Source: an uncultured Gemmatimonadaceae bacterium
GTDB lineage: Bacteria > Gemmatimonadota > Gemmatimonadetes > Gemmatimonadales > Gemmatimonadaceae
Length of the DNA: 64,000 nucleotides
Reading direction: 5' to 3'
Assembly: GCA_963829055.1 (NCBI GenBank)
Contig: CAWHHI010000016.1
Location: 160,001 to 224,000, forward strand
Shown: piece by piece, positions 10,095-19,286 of the stretch
Layout of the letters: the number at the start of each line of letters is the position of its first letter
How positions within the stretch are numbered: position 1 is the first letter of the stretch
Position numbers and translations under genes: made by a program
Notes under the pieces: generated by a model
The model's input: only the letters and a program-made list of their open reading frames with translations
The model's database searches: none
Told to the model about the DNA's origin: nothing

Positions 10095-10564
10095 GTCGGC
10101 GGATGAGGGCTCGTCGATGGCTTGCGGGCGCCGCGTTAGGTATGGCGGGACTCGCGGGGTGCACGGCGGGCCCGCCGACCGATTCGCAGACCACGCGACT
10201 GTGGACGGACGACTACTACATCCGTGTGACGTCCGACCCGTCTCCGCCGCGCGCGCTGGAGCAGGTGCAGTACACGGTCGTGGTCCAGGACAAGAAGACC
10301 CGCGCGCCGATCGACATCGGGGAAGGCCGCATCTTCGCGACCAACGAAGATCGGAAGAACACCGACAACGGCTTCGAGAAAGCGCCTGAGCCCGGTACTT
10401 ACCGGACAAAGCTCTTTTTCGCCGTTGCGGGCAACTGGGCAATGGGGATTCAGTTTCGCAAAGATTCGACGCAGCGCCTCCAGCGGACGAACGATTGGTA
10501 TCAGGAAGTATTGGCAGCGACCGAACCCGGCCAGGACGCCGCGAAAGCACGTTCAGGCAAGTAA
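10091..10564 (+). CDS. Hypothetical lipoprotein (possible YtkA/FixH-like Ig fold)
   Basis: RRWLAGAALGMAGLAGC lipobox; EPGTY...F..AGNW pattern. Alternative start at 10103. Confidence 0.6.
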   Translation: MSRRMRARRWLAGAALGMAGLAGCTAGPPTDSQTTRLWTDDYYIRVTSDPSPPRALEQVQYTVVVQDKKTRAPIDIGEGRIFATNEDRKNTDNGFEKAPEPGTYRTKLFFAVAGNWAMGIQFRKDSTQRLQRTNDWYQEVLAATEPGQDAAKARSGK

Positions 10565-10573
10565 CCCGACTCA

Positions 10574-10867
10574 ATGCGCCACTATTTTCGCACACATCTC
10601 ACGCCGGCGGCCGTGATCGAGGCCGCCGACGTGTTCTTTCCATCGCTCGAGATGAAGCCCTCGGCCAGCGCCGCGCGTTCGCGCGGGTTCACCGGCCCGT
10701 TAGGCACGATGAGCATTTCGGCGAAGCCCGAGGGCGGCCACTACACATTTGTGGAAGCGTCGACCGACCAGATGGGCGAGAGCCGGCTCGACCGGAACAT
10801 CAAGCGATTTTTCGTGACGCTGCATCGCCAGGCCGATCCGGCGCATCGACTCGAGGCGTCGTATTGA
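10574..10867 (+). CDS. Hypothetical protein
   Basis: 97-aa ORF filling the operon; its stop overlaps the next start (TGATG). Confidence 0.65.
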   Translation: MRHYFRTHLTPAAVIEAADVFFPSLEMKPSASAARSRGFTGPLGTMSISAKPEGGHYTFVEASTDQMGESRLDRNIKRFFVTLHRQADPAHRLEASY

Positions 10868-12084
10868 TGGCGGGTAAGAAGCCGAGGGGAATCGGGAATC
10901 GGGAATCGGGAATCGGAACTGCGCGAACCAGTAACGGCCGTGCGTCCAGGTCGACTGCCCGGGGAACACGCGATTCCCGATTCCCGATTCCCGATTCCCG
11001 ACCGTCAGCTTTGCTGACGCGCGCTCAGAAGCTCGACCTCTACTACTGGATGCGCATGACCCGCTCCCTCGAGGAGCGGCTGGTGGCGCTGTACCGACAG
11101 ACGAAAGTCGTCGGTGGGCTGTTCCGCTCGTTAGGCCAGGAGGCCGATGCGGTCGGCAGCGCGTACGCGCTCGAGCGGCGGGACATCCTGTCGCCGCTGA
11201 TCCGGAACCTCGGCTCCATGCTCGTCAAGGGCGCCACGCCGCTCGAGATCCTGCGCCAGTACATGGCGAAGGGTGATTCGCCGACGCGTGGACGCGAGCT
11301 GAACATTCACTTCGGCGATACCGAACGCGGGTTCATCGGACAGATCTCGCCGTTAGGCGACATGGTCCCGGTGATGGCCGGCGTGACGCTCACGTTCCGC
11401 ATGCGCGGGCAGGATCGCGTTGGACTCGTGTACGTCGGTGACGGTGCGACGTCCACCGGCGCGTTTCACGAGGGTATCAACTTCGCGGCCGTGCAACGGC
11501 TTCCTCTGGTGGTGATCGTCGAGAACAACGGCTATGCCTACTCGACGCCGATCGAGAAGCAGACCGCCGCGCGTCAGTTCGTCGACAAGGCCATCGGCTA
11601 CGGGATTCCCGGGCTGCAGGCGGATGGCAATGACGTCCTCGCCGTCTATGACGTGACGAAGCAAGCGGTCGACTACGCACGCGCCGGTGGTGGTGTCACG
11701 CTGGTCGAGCTCATGACGTACCGCAGAAAGGGACACGCGGAACACGACAACCAATCGTACGTGCCGGCCGGAGAGATCGATCGTTGGGCGGCCGAGAACG
11801 ATCCGCTCGATCGCTATCTCGTCGTGATGCGTGAGGAGCTGGGAGCAACCGACGCCGAGATCGCGGCGATCGACGCGCGAGTTACGGCGGAGATCAATGC
11901 GGCAACCGACGAGGCTGAGCAATCCCCGCCGCCGCTTCCGCTCGACGCGCTGGTCGGCATCTACGCCGATCCGCCGTCCGAGCGTCCGTTGTGGTTCCGC
12001 GACGGCGCCGATCGCGCCGTCGACGTAAACGAGCGGCCCGAAGGCTGGGGCACGTGGCAGGCCCCGCGCACGGGGAGCGGCTGA
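10867..12084 (+). CDS. TPP-dependent 2-oxoacid dehydrogenase E1 alpha subunit
   Basis: GDGATSTGAFHEGINFAAV..ENNGYAYST TPP motif and YRRKGHAEHD. The N-terminal extension carries heptamer repeats. Confidence 0.92.
   Translation: MAGKKPRGIGNRESGIGTARTSNGRASRSTARGTRDSRFPIPDSRPSALLTRAQKLDLYYWMRMTRSLEERLVALYRQTKVVGGLFRSLGQEADAVGSAYALERRDILSPLIRNLGSMLVKGATPLEILRQYMAKGDSPTRGRELNIHFGDTERGFIGQISPLGDMVPVMAGVTLTFRMRGQDRVGLVYVGDGATSTGAFHEGINFAAVQRLPLVVIVENNGYAYSTPIEKQTAARQFVDKAIGYGIPGLQADGNDVLAVYDVTKQAVDYARAGGGVTLVELMTYRRKGHAEHDNQSYVPAGEIDRWAAENDPLDRYLVVMREELGATDAEIAAIDARVTAEINAATDEAEQSPPPLPLDALVGIYADPPSERPLWFRDGADRAVDVNERPEGWGTWQAPRTGSG
10887..10999. repeat. (GGGAATC)x4 ... (GATTCCC)x4: perfect 28-bp inverted heptamer array with 57-nt spacer
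   Basis: Read directly at 10887-10914 and 10972-10999. Confidence 0.95.
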
Positions 12085-13061
12085 TGCCGGAGATCACGTA
12101 CCTCGAGGCCCTCCGCGAAGGCATCACCGAGGAGATGGCGCGGGACGACAGCGTCTTCTGCATGGGCGAGGACATCGGGGCCTACGGTGGCGCGTTCAAA
12201 GTCACCGACGGACTACTCGAGCGATTCGGCGAGTCGCGGGTCATCGACACGCCGATCTCGGAGATCGCGATCGTCGGAGCCGCGGCGGGCGCCGGGCACA
12301 TGGGAATGCGGCCGGTGGTCGAGATGCAGTTCATCGACTTCATCGCGAACGCGTACGACATGCTGACGAACTACGTCGCTACGGCGCGCTACCGCGCGTT
12401 TCTGCCGTGTCCGATGGTCGTGCGCGGCCCGAGTGGCGGCTACGTGCGCGGCGGGCCGTTCCATTCGCAGAACCCTGAGGCGGGCTTCATCCACACCCCA
12501 GGTCTCAAGGTGGTGTACCCGGCCACGGCGGAAGATGCGAAAGGCCTGATGAAGTCTGCGATCCGTGACGACGACTGCGTGCTCTTCTTCGAGCACAAAT
12601 ACCTCTACCGGCGCATCAAGGCCGAGATGCCGTCGGGCGACCACGTCGTGCCGATCGGTAAGGCTCGAGTCGCCCGCGAAGGGAAGGACGTCTCGATCAT
12701 TACCTACGCGGCGACGGTCTGGAAAGCGCTCGAGGCGGCTGAGCTGTTGGAGAAAGAAGACGGGATCTCGGTCGAGGTAATCGACCTCCGAACGCTCGCG
12801 CCGCTCGACGACGAGGCAATCTTCGCGACGGTTCGGAAGACGAATCGCGTTCTCGTGCTGCACGAGGACACGCGCACGGGTGGGATCGCAGGCGAGATCA
12901 CGGCGCGGATCAACGAGTCGTGCTTCGAATGGCTCGACGCGCCGGTGCTGCGTGTGACAGCGCACGACATTCCGCTGCCGTATGCACCACAGCTCGAGGA
13001 TTTCGTGCTCCCGCAGACGAGCGATATCGCGCGCGCGGTGCGGCGTCTCGCGGCGTACTGA
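12084..13061 (+). CDS. 2-oxoacid dehydrogenase E1 beta subunit
   Basis: MGEDIGAYGGAFKVT, RVIDTPISE, GPFHSQNPE and EVIDLRTLAPLD. Confidence 0.94.
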   Translation: MPEITYLEALREGITEEMARDDSVFCMGEDIGAYGGAFKVTDGLLERFGESRVIDTPISEIAIVGAAAGAGHMGMRPVVEMQFIDFIANAYDMLTNYVATARYRAFLPCPMVVRGPSGGYVRGGPFHSQNPEAGFIHTPGLKVVYPATAEDAKGLMKSAIRDDDCVLFFEHKYLYRRIKAEMPSGDHVVPIGKARVAREGKDVSIITYAATVWKALEAAELLEKEDGISVEVIDLRTLAPLDDEAIFATVRKTNRVLVLHEDTRTGGIAGEITARINESCFEWLDAPVLRVTAHDIPLPYAPQLEDFVLPQTSDIARAVRRLAAY

Positions 13062-13079
13062 CGTGCGGGCGGAGGTACG

Positions 13080-13394
13080 ATGAGTGTTCCGCCAGTGGGA
13101 GAGGAGTCACCGCGAGCGCAGCAGGTGGAGGTCGAGGACAGGACGGCGCGCAACATTGGCGTCGGCTGCTTCACGACCTTCATCGGGTTCTGGAGTGGCG
13201 GGATGATCGCGGTGATGATCGGGAAGGTGGTGGAAGGCGTTCGGCGCGCGCCGTCGTGCGAAGGCTTACCGCTATGTAACTGGAACGTGTACGCGGCCGT
13301 GGGCGCGGTGATTGGCGCGATCTCGCTGCCGGTGCTGGTCTTGATGCGACTGCGTCGTCGTGACGTTAGGCAAGGAACTCGATCGCGAGGTTGA
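13080..13394 (+). CDS. Hypothetical membrane protein (2 TM)
   Basis: GGAGG RBS; two hydrophobic segments; lies between E1 beta and E2. Confidence 0.6.
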   Translation: MSVPPVGEESPRAQQVEVEDRTARNIGVGCFTTFIGFWSGGMIAVMIGKVVEGVRRAPSCEGLPLCNWNVYAAVGAVIGAISLPVLVLMRLRRRDVRQGTRSRG

Positions 13395-13398
13395 TCCG

Positions 13399-14790
13399 TT
13401 GGCACGTATCGATGTAGTGATGCCCCAGATGGGGGAGTCGATCGCCGAAGGGACAATGTCCCGTTGGCTGAAGAAGGTTGGCGACTCGGTGAAGCGCGAC
13501 GAGCCGATCTTCGAGATCTCGACAGACAAGGTAGACGCGGAGATTCCGTCGCCGACCTCCGGCGTGCTGGCCGAGGTGCTGGTGACGGAAGGACAGACGG
13601 TTCCGGTCCAGACGATCGTTGCCCGCATCGAGACGGAGGCAGGGGCGGTAGCCGCGGCGCCTGCGGCCGCCGCTCCAGCGCCAGCGGCGTCGTCGGCAGC
13701 AGCGCCTGTGTCGGCTGCTGGAGCGAGCGGGGGGCCCCCCCCGAAAAGCGAATCTACGGCGAAACCGGCCGCCGTCTCGCATCCCGCCAGCGCGACCACA
13801 GCCATACCGCCGCAGACACCTGGCAGGTCCTCAGCCGGCAACGGCGAGTCAATGGAAGATCGACTCCGCACCAAGTCGTCTCCGCTCGTACGAAAGATCG
13901 CCGCCGAGCACGGCATCGAGATTGCCGGCCTCCAAGGCAGCGGCATCGCCGGCCGCGTGACCAAGCGCGACATCATGCAGGTGATCGAATCCGGCGCCGC
14001 AGTCGAAGCCGCGCCGCGAGCCGCGCCGTCGATGCACGCACCCGCGGGCGTCGAGCAGCACGGCCCGATGCCCGAGCCGTGGGCCGGTGACATCGTCGAG
14101 CCAATGTCGCGCATCCGCGCGCTCACGGCCGAGCACATGAGGCTCTCGCGTCGCACGAACGCGCACGTGACGTCGTTCTTCGAAATCGACCTCACACGTG
14201 TCGCGCGCATCCGCGCGAAACTCCGGGCCGACTTCGAGAAGCAGTCCGGCGAGAAGCTCACCTACCTGCCGTTCATTCTCACCGCCGTTACGGCCGCGCT
14301 CAAGCAGTTCCCGATTCTCAATGCGGCAGTTGCCGGCAACTCGGTCATCTACCGCAAGCAGTACAACCTCGGAATCGCCGTCGCGCTCGACTGGGGACTC
14401 ATCGTTCCCGTCATCAAGCGCGCCGACGAGCTGTCGCTTGTCGGCCTAACGCGGCAGTTGAACGACCTCGCGACGCGCGCTCGCGCGAAAAAGCTCCGTC
14501 CCGAGGAAGTACAGGACGCCACCTTCACTATCACGAATCCCGGCGTCTTCGGCTCCCTCATGGGCACTCCGATCATCCCCGTGCCGACGACCGCGATCCT
14601 CGGGCTCGGCGCGATCGAGAAGCGACCGAAGGTCATCACTGGGCCCGATGGGGAGGACACCATCGCCATCAGGACCTGTGCGTTCTTCTCGCTCTCGTTC
14701 GATCACCGCGTGATCGACGGATCGGTCGCCGATCAGTTCCTCGCGACTGTGAAGCGCACGTTGGAGACGTACGCCGAAACAGGCGCATAA
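13399..14790 (+). CDS. Dihydrolipoamide acyltransferase (E2)
   Basis: Lipoyl domain EISTDKVDAEIPSP, E3-binding SPLVRKIAAEHGI, catalytic SFDHRVIDG; TTG start. Confidence 0.93.
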   Translation: MARIDVVMPQMGESIAEGTMSRWLKKVGDSVKRDEPIFEISTDKVDAEIPSPTSGVLAEVLVTEGQTVPVQTIVARIETEAGAVAAAPAAAAPAPAASSAAAPVSAAGASGGPPPKSESTAKPAAVSHPASATTAIPPQTPGRSSAGNGESMEDRLRTKSSPLVRKIAAEHGIEIAGLQGSGIAGRVTKRDIMQVIESGAAVEAAPRAAPSMHAPAGVEQHGPMPEPWAGDIVEPMSRIRALTAEHMRLSRRTNAHVTSFFEIDLTRVARIRAKLRADFEKQSGEKLTYLPFILTAVTAALKQFPILNAAVAGNSVIYRKQYNLGIAVALDWGLIVPVIKRADELSLVGLTRQLNDLATRARAKKLRPEEVQDATFTITNPGVFGSLMGTPIIPVPTTAILGLGAIEKRPKVITGPDGEDTIAIRTCAFFSLSFDHRVIDGSVADQFLATVKRTLETYAETGA

Positions 14791-14792
14791 CC

Positions 14793-15051
14793 ATGGCGAG
14801 GGCGCTCACGATCGAACGGTCGAAAGTGTCGCCGCACGAGCGCGACGCCTATTTCGCCGGGATGCGTGAGCGCCGCGACCGATTGCGCGCGGCCGAGTGT
14901 AACTTCTGGGTATATGAAGATCCGGGCGAGCCCGGCCTCTTCGTCGAATTCATCGAGGCGCGCGATTGCGGACACGCTCGTTGCCGGTCGAGCGATCGTG
15001 TGCGAATCACGAGACGGCGTGCCGATCCTGACCGAAGTGGAGCTTTCCTGA
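14793..15051 (+). CDS. Hypothetical protein, apparently frameshifted near 14965
   Basis: MARALTIERSKV...LFVEFIEARD continues plausibly in another frame as ...ADTLVAGRA...ILTEVELS*, which stops just before the next ATG. Confidence 0.45.
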
Positions 15052-15053
15052 AC

Positions 15054-15320
15054 ATGCCAACCCGTACTCTCAACGCCGACGGAAAAGAGTGGCGCGTGTT
15101 TCCGTCGGGGTACATCACACAGTACGAGCACGACGAATTCGGCATCATGTTCATTGCCGGAACTGGCGATACCCGCGAGGTGCGCGTTACGCGGTACTCG
15201 CCGCAGGGCGCACGTTCGCGTGAACAGTCGCTCGCCGAAATGTCCGACGGCGAGTTGACGCGCCTGTTCGGTCAGTCGCAGCCGAGCTTCACGTCGCCCG
15301 AAGCCGGCTACACGAAGTGA
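15054..15320 (+). CDS. Hypothetical protein
   Basis: MPTRTLNADGKEWRVFPSGYITQYEHDEFG...; GGAG upstream; normal codon usage. Confidence 0.65.
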   Translation: MPTRTLNADGKEWRVFPSGYITQYEHDEFGIMFIAGTGDTREVRVTRYSPQGARSREQSLAEMSDGELTRLFGQSQPSFTSPEAGYTK

Positions 15321-16192
15321 TGGCGGTGCAGGCCCGGCCCGACGGGCCCGCTGGACCGTACGTCGATCTGCACTCGCATTCGACGGCATCCGACGGCTCA
15401 CAGTCCCCGACAGCGCTTGTCGCTGCGGCCAAGGCGGCCGGGCTCTCGGCGATCGCGCTCACGGATCACGATACCATGGCCGGTGTCGCCGAAGCCGCGG
15501 CAGCGGGCGAACAACTTGGCGTCCGCGTCGTGCCGGGCGTGGAGCTGAGCGCGACCGATGCGGACCGCGAAGTCCACTTACTTGGTCTCCACATCGAGCG
15601 CCCCACCGCACTCGAAGATCCGCTCCGCACGTTCCGCGAGAGCCGCTACGTTCGCGCGCAGCAGATCGTCGCGAAGTTGAACGAGCTCGGCATCCCGATC
15701 GCGTTCGATGACGTCCTCGCGCTGTCGGGCGATGCGGCCATCGGTCGCCCACACCTGGCGCGCGTCCTCATCGAAGGCGGATGGGCGCGTGACTCCCGTG
15801 ATGCGTTCGACCGGTACCTCGGGGCAGGTCGGCCCGCGTACGTGCCGAAGCATCGTCTGTCGGTCGCGGAAGCGATCGATCTCGTACATGCGGGCGGCGG
15901 CTTGGCGGTGTTGGCACATCCGGGACCCACGGGGCGCCGGGAGATCGTCGAGCGCTTTGTTGGCTTTGGCCTCGACGGACTCGAAGTGCGTCACCCGGGG
16001 CACAGCAACGAAGACGCCATGCGCATCGGCACGTTGGTCGAATTCTTCGGGCTGATCCCGAGCGGTGGCTCCGACTGGCACGGTGCGTCGGAAGGACCTC
16101 GAGTGCTCGGCGCGATGCGCGTGCCCATGTCGTGGCTCGAGCAGCAGGACGCGCGCGTCGCGATTCGACGTGCGGGCGCTGCCGTCGCTTGA
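15317..16192 (+). CDS. PHP domain metal-dependent phosphoesterase (TrpH/YciV-like)
   Basis: DLHSHSTASDG, ALTDHDT, GVELS, GRPH, LAHP and GGSDWHG. Confidence 0.92.
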   Translation: MMAVQARPDGPAGPYVDLHSHSTASDGSQSPTALVAAAKAAGLSAIALTDHDTMAGVAEAAAAGEQLGVRVVPGVELSATDADREVHLLGLHIERPTALEDPLRTFRESRYVRAQQIVAKLNELGIPIAFDDVLALSGDAAIGRPHLARVLIEGGWARDSRDAFDRYLGAGRPAYVPKHRLSVAEAIDLVHAGGGLAVLAHPGPTGRREIVERFVGFGLDGLEVRHPGHSNEDAMRIGTLVEFFGLIPSGGSDWHGASEGPRVLGAMRVPMSWLEQQDARVAIRRAGAAVA

Positions 16193-16223
16193 CGTTCTTC
16201 GGTCCACAGGTCGCGCCCGCACC

Positions 16224-16955
16224 ATGGAGCTGAACGGTCGAATCGCGCTCGTTACGGGTGCCGGCCGCCGCGTCGGCCGCGCGATCGCGACCGCCCTCGG
16301 CCGGCGTGGGATGCACGTTGCCGTTCACTACAACGGCTCGGCTGACGGCGCGAAGGAGACCGCCGCTGATATCGAGAGCGGCGGCGGACGCGCGACCCTG
16401 TTCCAGGCCGATCTGAGTCAGCCGACTGCGCCCGAATCGCTTGTCGACGATGTCGTCGCGAAGTTGGGTACGCTCGACGTGCTGGTGAACTCGGCCGCGA
16501 TCATGCAGCGGACGCCGCTCGATTCGGTGACGCCCGCGGACTGGGACGCGACGTTCGCGATCAACGCTCGGGCGCCGTTCTTCGCCGCCATTGCCGCCCA
16601 TCGCCACATGGCCGCCCGGGGCGGCGCGATCGTGAACATCGCCGACCTCGCTGGACTGGAAACGTGGCCGGCATATGTGCCGCACGGCCTGTCCAAGACT
16701 GTCGTTGTACAGATGACTCGTGCGCTGGCGAGAACACTCGCGCCCTCCGTCCGGGTGAATGCCGTCGCGCCGGGCGTGATCATGTTGCCCGAGGGATGGG
16801 AAGCCGAGACGGGCGAGCGGCTGCGGCGAACGACGCCGCTCAAGCGGCTTGGATCCGTGAACGATGTTGTGGGTGCGGTGATTTATCTGTTGGAAGCCGA
16901 CTACGTGACGGGCGAGACGATCGTCGTCGACGGTGGTCGGCACGTTCGCCGGTAG
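16224..16955 (+). CDS. SDR oxidoreductase, pteridine reductase/FolM-like
   Basis: ALVTGAGRRVGRAIA, HYNGS, LVNSAA, IVNIAD and RVNAVAPG. The catalytic YxxxK appears as HGLSK. Confidence 0.85.
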   Translation: MELNGRIALVTGAGRRVGRAIATALGRRGMHVAVHYNGSADGAKETAADIESGGGRATLFQADLSQPTAPESLVDDVVAKLGTLDVLVNSAAIMQRTPLDSVTPADWDATFAINARAPFFAAIAAHRHMAARGGAIVNIADLAGLETWPAYVPHGLSKTVVVQMTRALARTLAPSVRVNAVAPGVIMLPEGWEAETGERLRRTTPLKRLGSVNDVVGAVIYLLEADYVTGETIVVDGGRHVRR

Positions 16956-17014
16956 TGCCCGCTGGGGCTGGCGCTCGATGATAAAATTCAGCGGCAACCC
17001 GAACCCCGACTTTC

Positions 17015-18040
17015 GTGGCTACGCGTAATCCTGAAACGCTCGTGATCATTGGCTCCGGCCCGTCGGCGTGGACGGCCGCGATCTATGCCGCCCGCGCGAA
17101 CCTGCGTCCACTGGTGTACGAGGGCGAACCGTCGCGCGAGATGATTCCCGGCGGCCAACTCATGTACACGACCGAGGTCGAGAACTACCCCGGCTTCGTC
17201 GACGGCGTCACCGGAACCGCCTTGATGCACACGCTCCGCGAGCAGGCGCTCCGGTTCGGAACACGGATCGAGCAGGAGTTCATCGCATCGGTCGATTTCG
17301 GCCGTCACCCGTTCCGCCTCAAGCCGAACTACAGCGACGAGATCGAGGCGCTGGCCGTGATCGTGGCGACGGGCGCGCGGGCGAACTGGATTGGCGTGCC
17401 TAACGAAGAGCGCCTCGCGCAGCTGGGCGGCGGCGTTTCGGCGTGCGCCGTTTGTGATGGCGCGTTGCCCGCGTACCGCAATAAGGTGCTCGCCGTCGTC
17501 GGCGGCGGTGACTCGGCGATGGAGGAGGCGCTGTATCTCACGAAGTTCGCGAATGAAGTGCGGCTCATCCATCGCCGCGACGAATTGCGCGCGTCCAAGA
17601 TCATGGCCGACCGCGTTCTGAATCACCCGAAGATCCGCATCGTCTGGAACACACGCGTAACCGAGGTGCTCGGCTACGACGTGATCGAGGGCCTTCGGGT
17701 CGAGAACACGGTCACGCACCACGTGTCCGACATGACGGACATTGGTGGGCTGTTCGTCGCCATCGGCCACACGCCTAACACCGCCTTCCTCGGCGGTCAG
17801 GTCGATCTCACGCCGCACGGCTACATTCGCACGCCGAGGGCGTGGCGCACGGCGACGACGGTGGACGGTGTGTTCGCCGCCGGTGACGTGATGGACGACT
17901 ACTATCGTCAGGCGATCACGGCGGCCGGCACAGGCTGCATGGCGGCGCTCGAAGCCGAGCGGTGGCTCGCCCACCACGGGCTGGGCGAGTCGCCAGTCCT
18001 GGAAACGGCCGAAGCGCCGGTGAGAGCCGGTGGTGAGTGA
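17015..18040 (+). CDS. trxB: Thioredoxin-disulfide reductase
   Basis: IIGSGPSAWTAAIYAARA, GVSACAVCDG, GGGDSAMEEA and YRQAITAAGTGCMAA. Confidence 0.95.
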   Translation: MATRNPETLVIIGSGPSAWTAAIYAARANLRPLVYEGEPSREMIPGGQLMYTTEVENYPGFVDGVTGTALMHTLREQALRFGTRIEQEFIASVDFGRHPFRLKPNYSDEIEALAVIVATGARANWIGVPNEERLAQLGGGVSACAVCDGALPAYRNKVLAVVGGGDSAMEEALYLTKFANEVRLIHRRDELRASKIMADRVLNHPKIRIVWNTRVTEVLGYDVIEGLRVENTVTHHVSDMTDIGGLFVAIGHTPNTAFLGGQVDLTPHGYIRTPRAWRTATTVDGVFAAGDVMDDYYRQAITAAGTGCMAALEAERWLAHHGLGESPVLETAEAPVRAGGE

Positions 18041-18704
18041 GCCTTCGGTGGCGACGGCACGCCCGGCGGTCGCCGTCCACACCGTCGGTGCGTTCCAGGA
18101 GAACTGTTATCTCCTGACCGATGCGACGACCGCGACATCGGTGCTGGTTGATCCCGGCGCCGAGCCGGATCGACTCATCGTGGCGGTCGAGCGGTCGGGA
18201 ACGGCGCTCGAGGCGATCTGGCTGACCCATGCACACCTCGACCACATCGGGGCGATCGCCGGACTCAAGAGACGGTGGAATGTTCCGGTCCACCTCCACC
18301 CGTTCGATGAGCCGCTCTATGCAATGGCGACGCGCCAGGCGCAGCTCTATGGGCTCGAGTTCGAGCAGCCGCCCCCGCCGGATCACCCGTTAGGCAACGG
18401 CGACGTCATGCAACTCGGTGGGCTGCGCTTTGGCGTCATGCACGCGCCCGGCCATGCGCCCGGGCACGTCGTCTTCCACGGACACGGGATCGCGTTCGTT
18501 GGTGACTGTCTCTTTGCCGGCTCCATCGGGCGCACCGACCTCCCGTTGTCGAACCCAAAGGATCTCGCGGCGTCCCTCGATCGCATCGCCACGTTGGCAC
18601 ACGACACTGTCGTGTATCCCGGTCATGGGCCCGCGACGACGATCGGCGCCGAGGCACGCACGAACCCGTTTCTCACCGGCGCGGCGCGGATTGTCGGCGC
18701 GTGA
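18033..18704 (+). CDS. MBL-fold metallo-hydrolase (YcbL/glyoxalase II-like)
   Basis: THAHLDHIGA, HAPGHAPGH, GDCLFAGSIGRTDLP and PGHGP. Confidence 0.92.
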   Translation: MSEPSVATARPAVAVHTVGAFQENCYLLTDATTATSVLVDPGAEPDRLIVAVERSGTALEAIWLTHAHLDHIGAIAGLKRRWNVPVHLHPFDEPLYAMATRQAQLYGLEFEQPPPPDHPLGNGDVMQLGGLRFGVMHAPGHAPGHVVFHGHGIAFVGDCLFAGSIGRTDLPLSNPKDLAASLDRIATLAHDTVVYPGHGPATTIGAEARTNPFLTGAARIVGA

Positions 18705-19204
18705 AGCCAGCGTCTCCGGTTGTGCTGCTTCTCGCGGCCTGGTTAGGCGCTGGCATGTTGCTCGCAGCGGTCGTGGCGCCGGCGGCGTTCGCGGTGTTGC
18801 CGTCACGGACGTTGGCCGGCGCGCTCGTGGGACGCGTATTGCCGACCGTGTTCATCGCCGGGATCGTGGTGGCGCTGGTGTCGGCCTTGCTCGATCGGCC
18901 GCAGGCCGGGCGGTCCCACCGCGTTAGGCGCGCCGCGTTTGTCGTCACCGCGATCTCCTGTGCGGTTGCCCAGTTCGTTGTTGCCCCTCGAATCGAGCGC
19001 GTTCGCGGCGAAATAGCCGGCCCGGTCGAACAGCTAGCGCAGAGCGATCCTCGCCGGGTCGCGTTCGGCCGTCTTCACGCGATCAGCGTTGGGTGGCTCG
19101 GGCTCGCAATGATCTCGGCCGCCGCGGCCGTGGTGCTCGTATCGATGTCGCCAAGACAGCCGGATTCCGACGCGCGCGATCCGTCGTTGGTCGCGTCCCG
19201 TTAG
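18701..19204 (+). CDS. DUF4149/TMEM205-like membrane protein
   Basis: WLGAG..AAVVAPAAF..LPSR..AG and FGRLHAIS pattern; about 4 TM segments. Confidence 0.75.
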   Translation: MKPASPVVLLLAAWLGAGMLLAAVVAPAAFAVLPSRTLAGALVGRVLPTVFIAGIVVALVSALLDRPQAGRSHRVRRAAFVVTAISCAVAQFVVAPRIERVRGEIAGPVEQLAQSDPRRVAFGRLHAISVGWLGLAMISAAAAVVLVSMSPRQPDSDARDPSLVASR

Positions 19205-19286
19205 TGGCACTTTCGATCCGGCGGGCGCAAACGCATTCGCCGAATCCCCACCGCAGTCAATTCAGCATCGCCTCGAGGACATGCAC

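Noticed and set aside
10887..10999. CRISPR array
   Set aside because: The units are 7 nt with no spacers, and no cas genes are in the window.
14793..15320. Single 175-aa protein as given in the ORF track
   Set aside because: The middle is Arg-rich junk. Two genes joined by a frameshift fit better, with a stop at 15051 and an RBS plus ATG at 15054.
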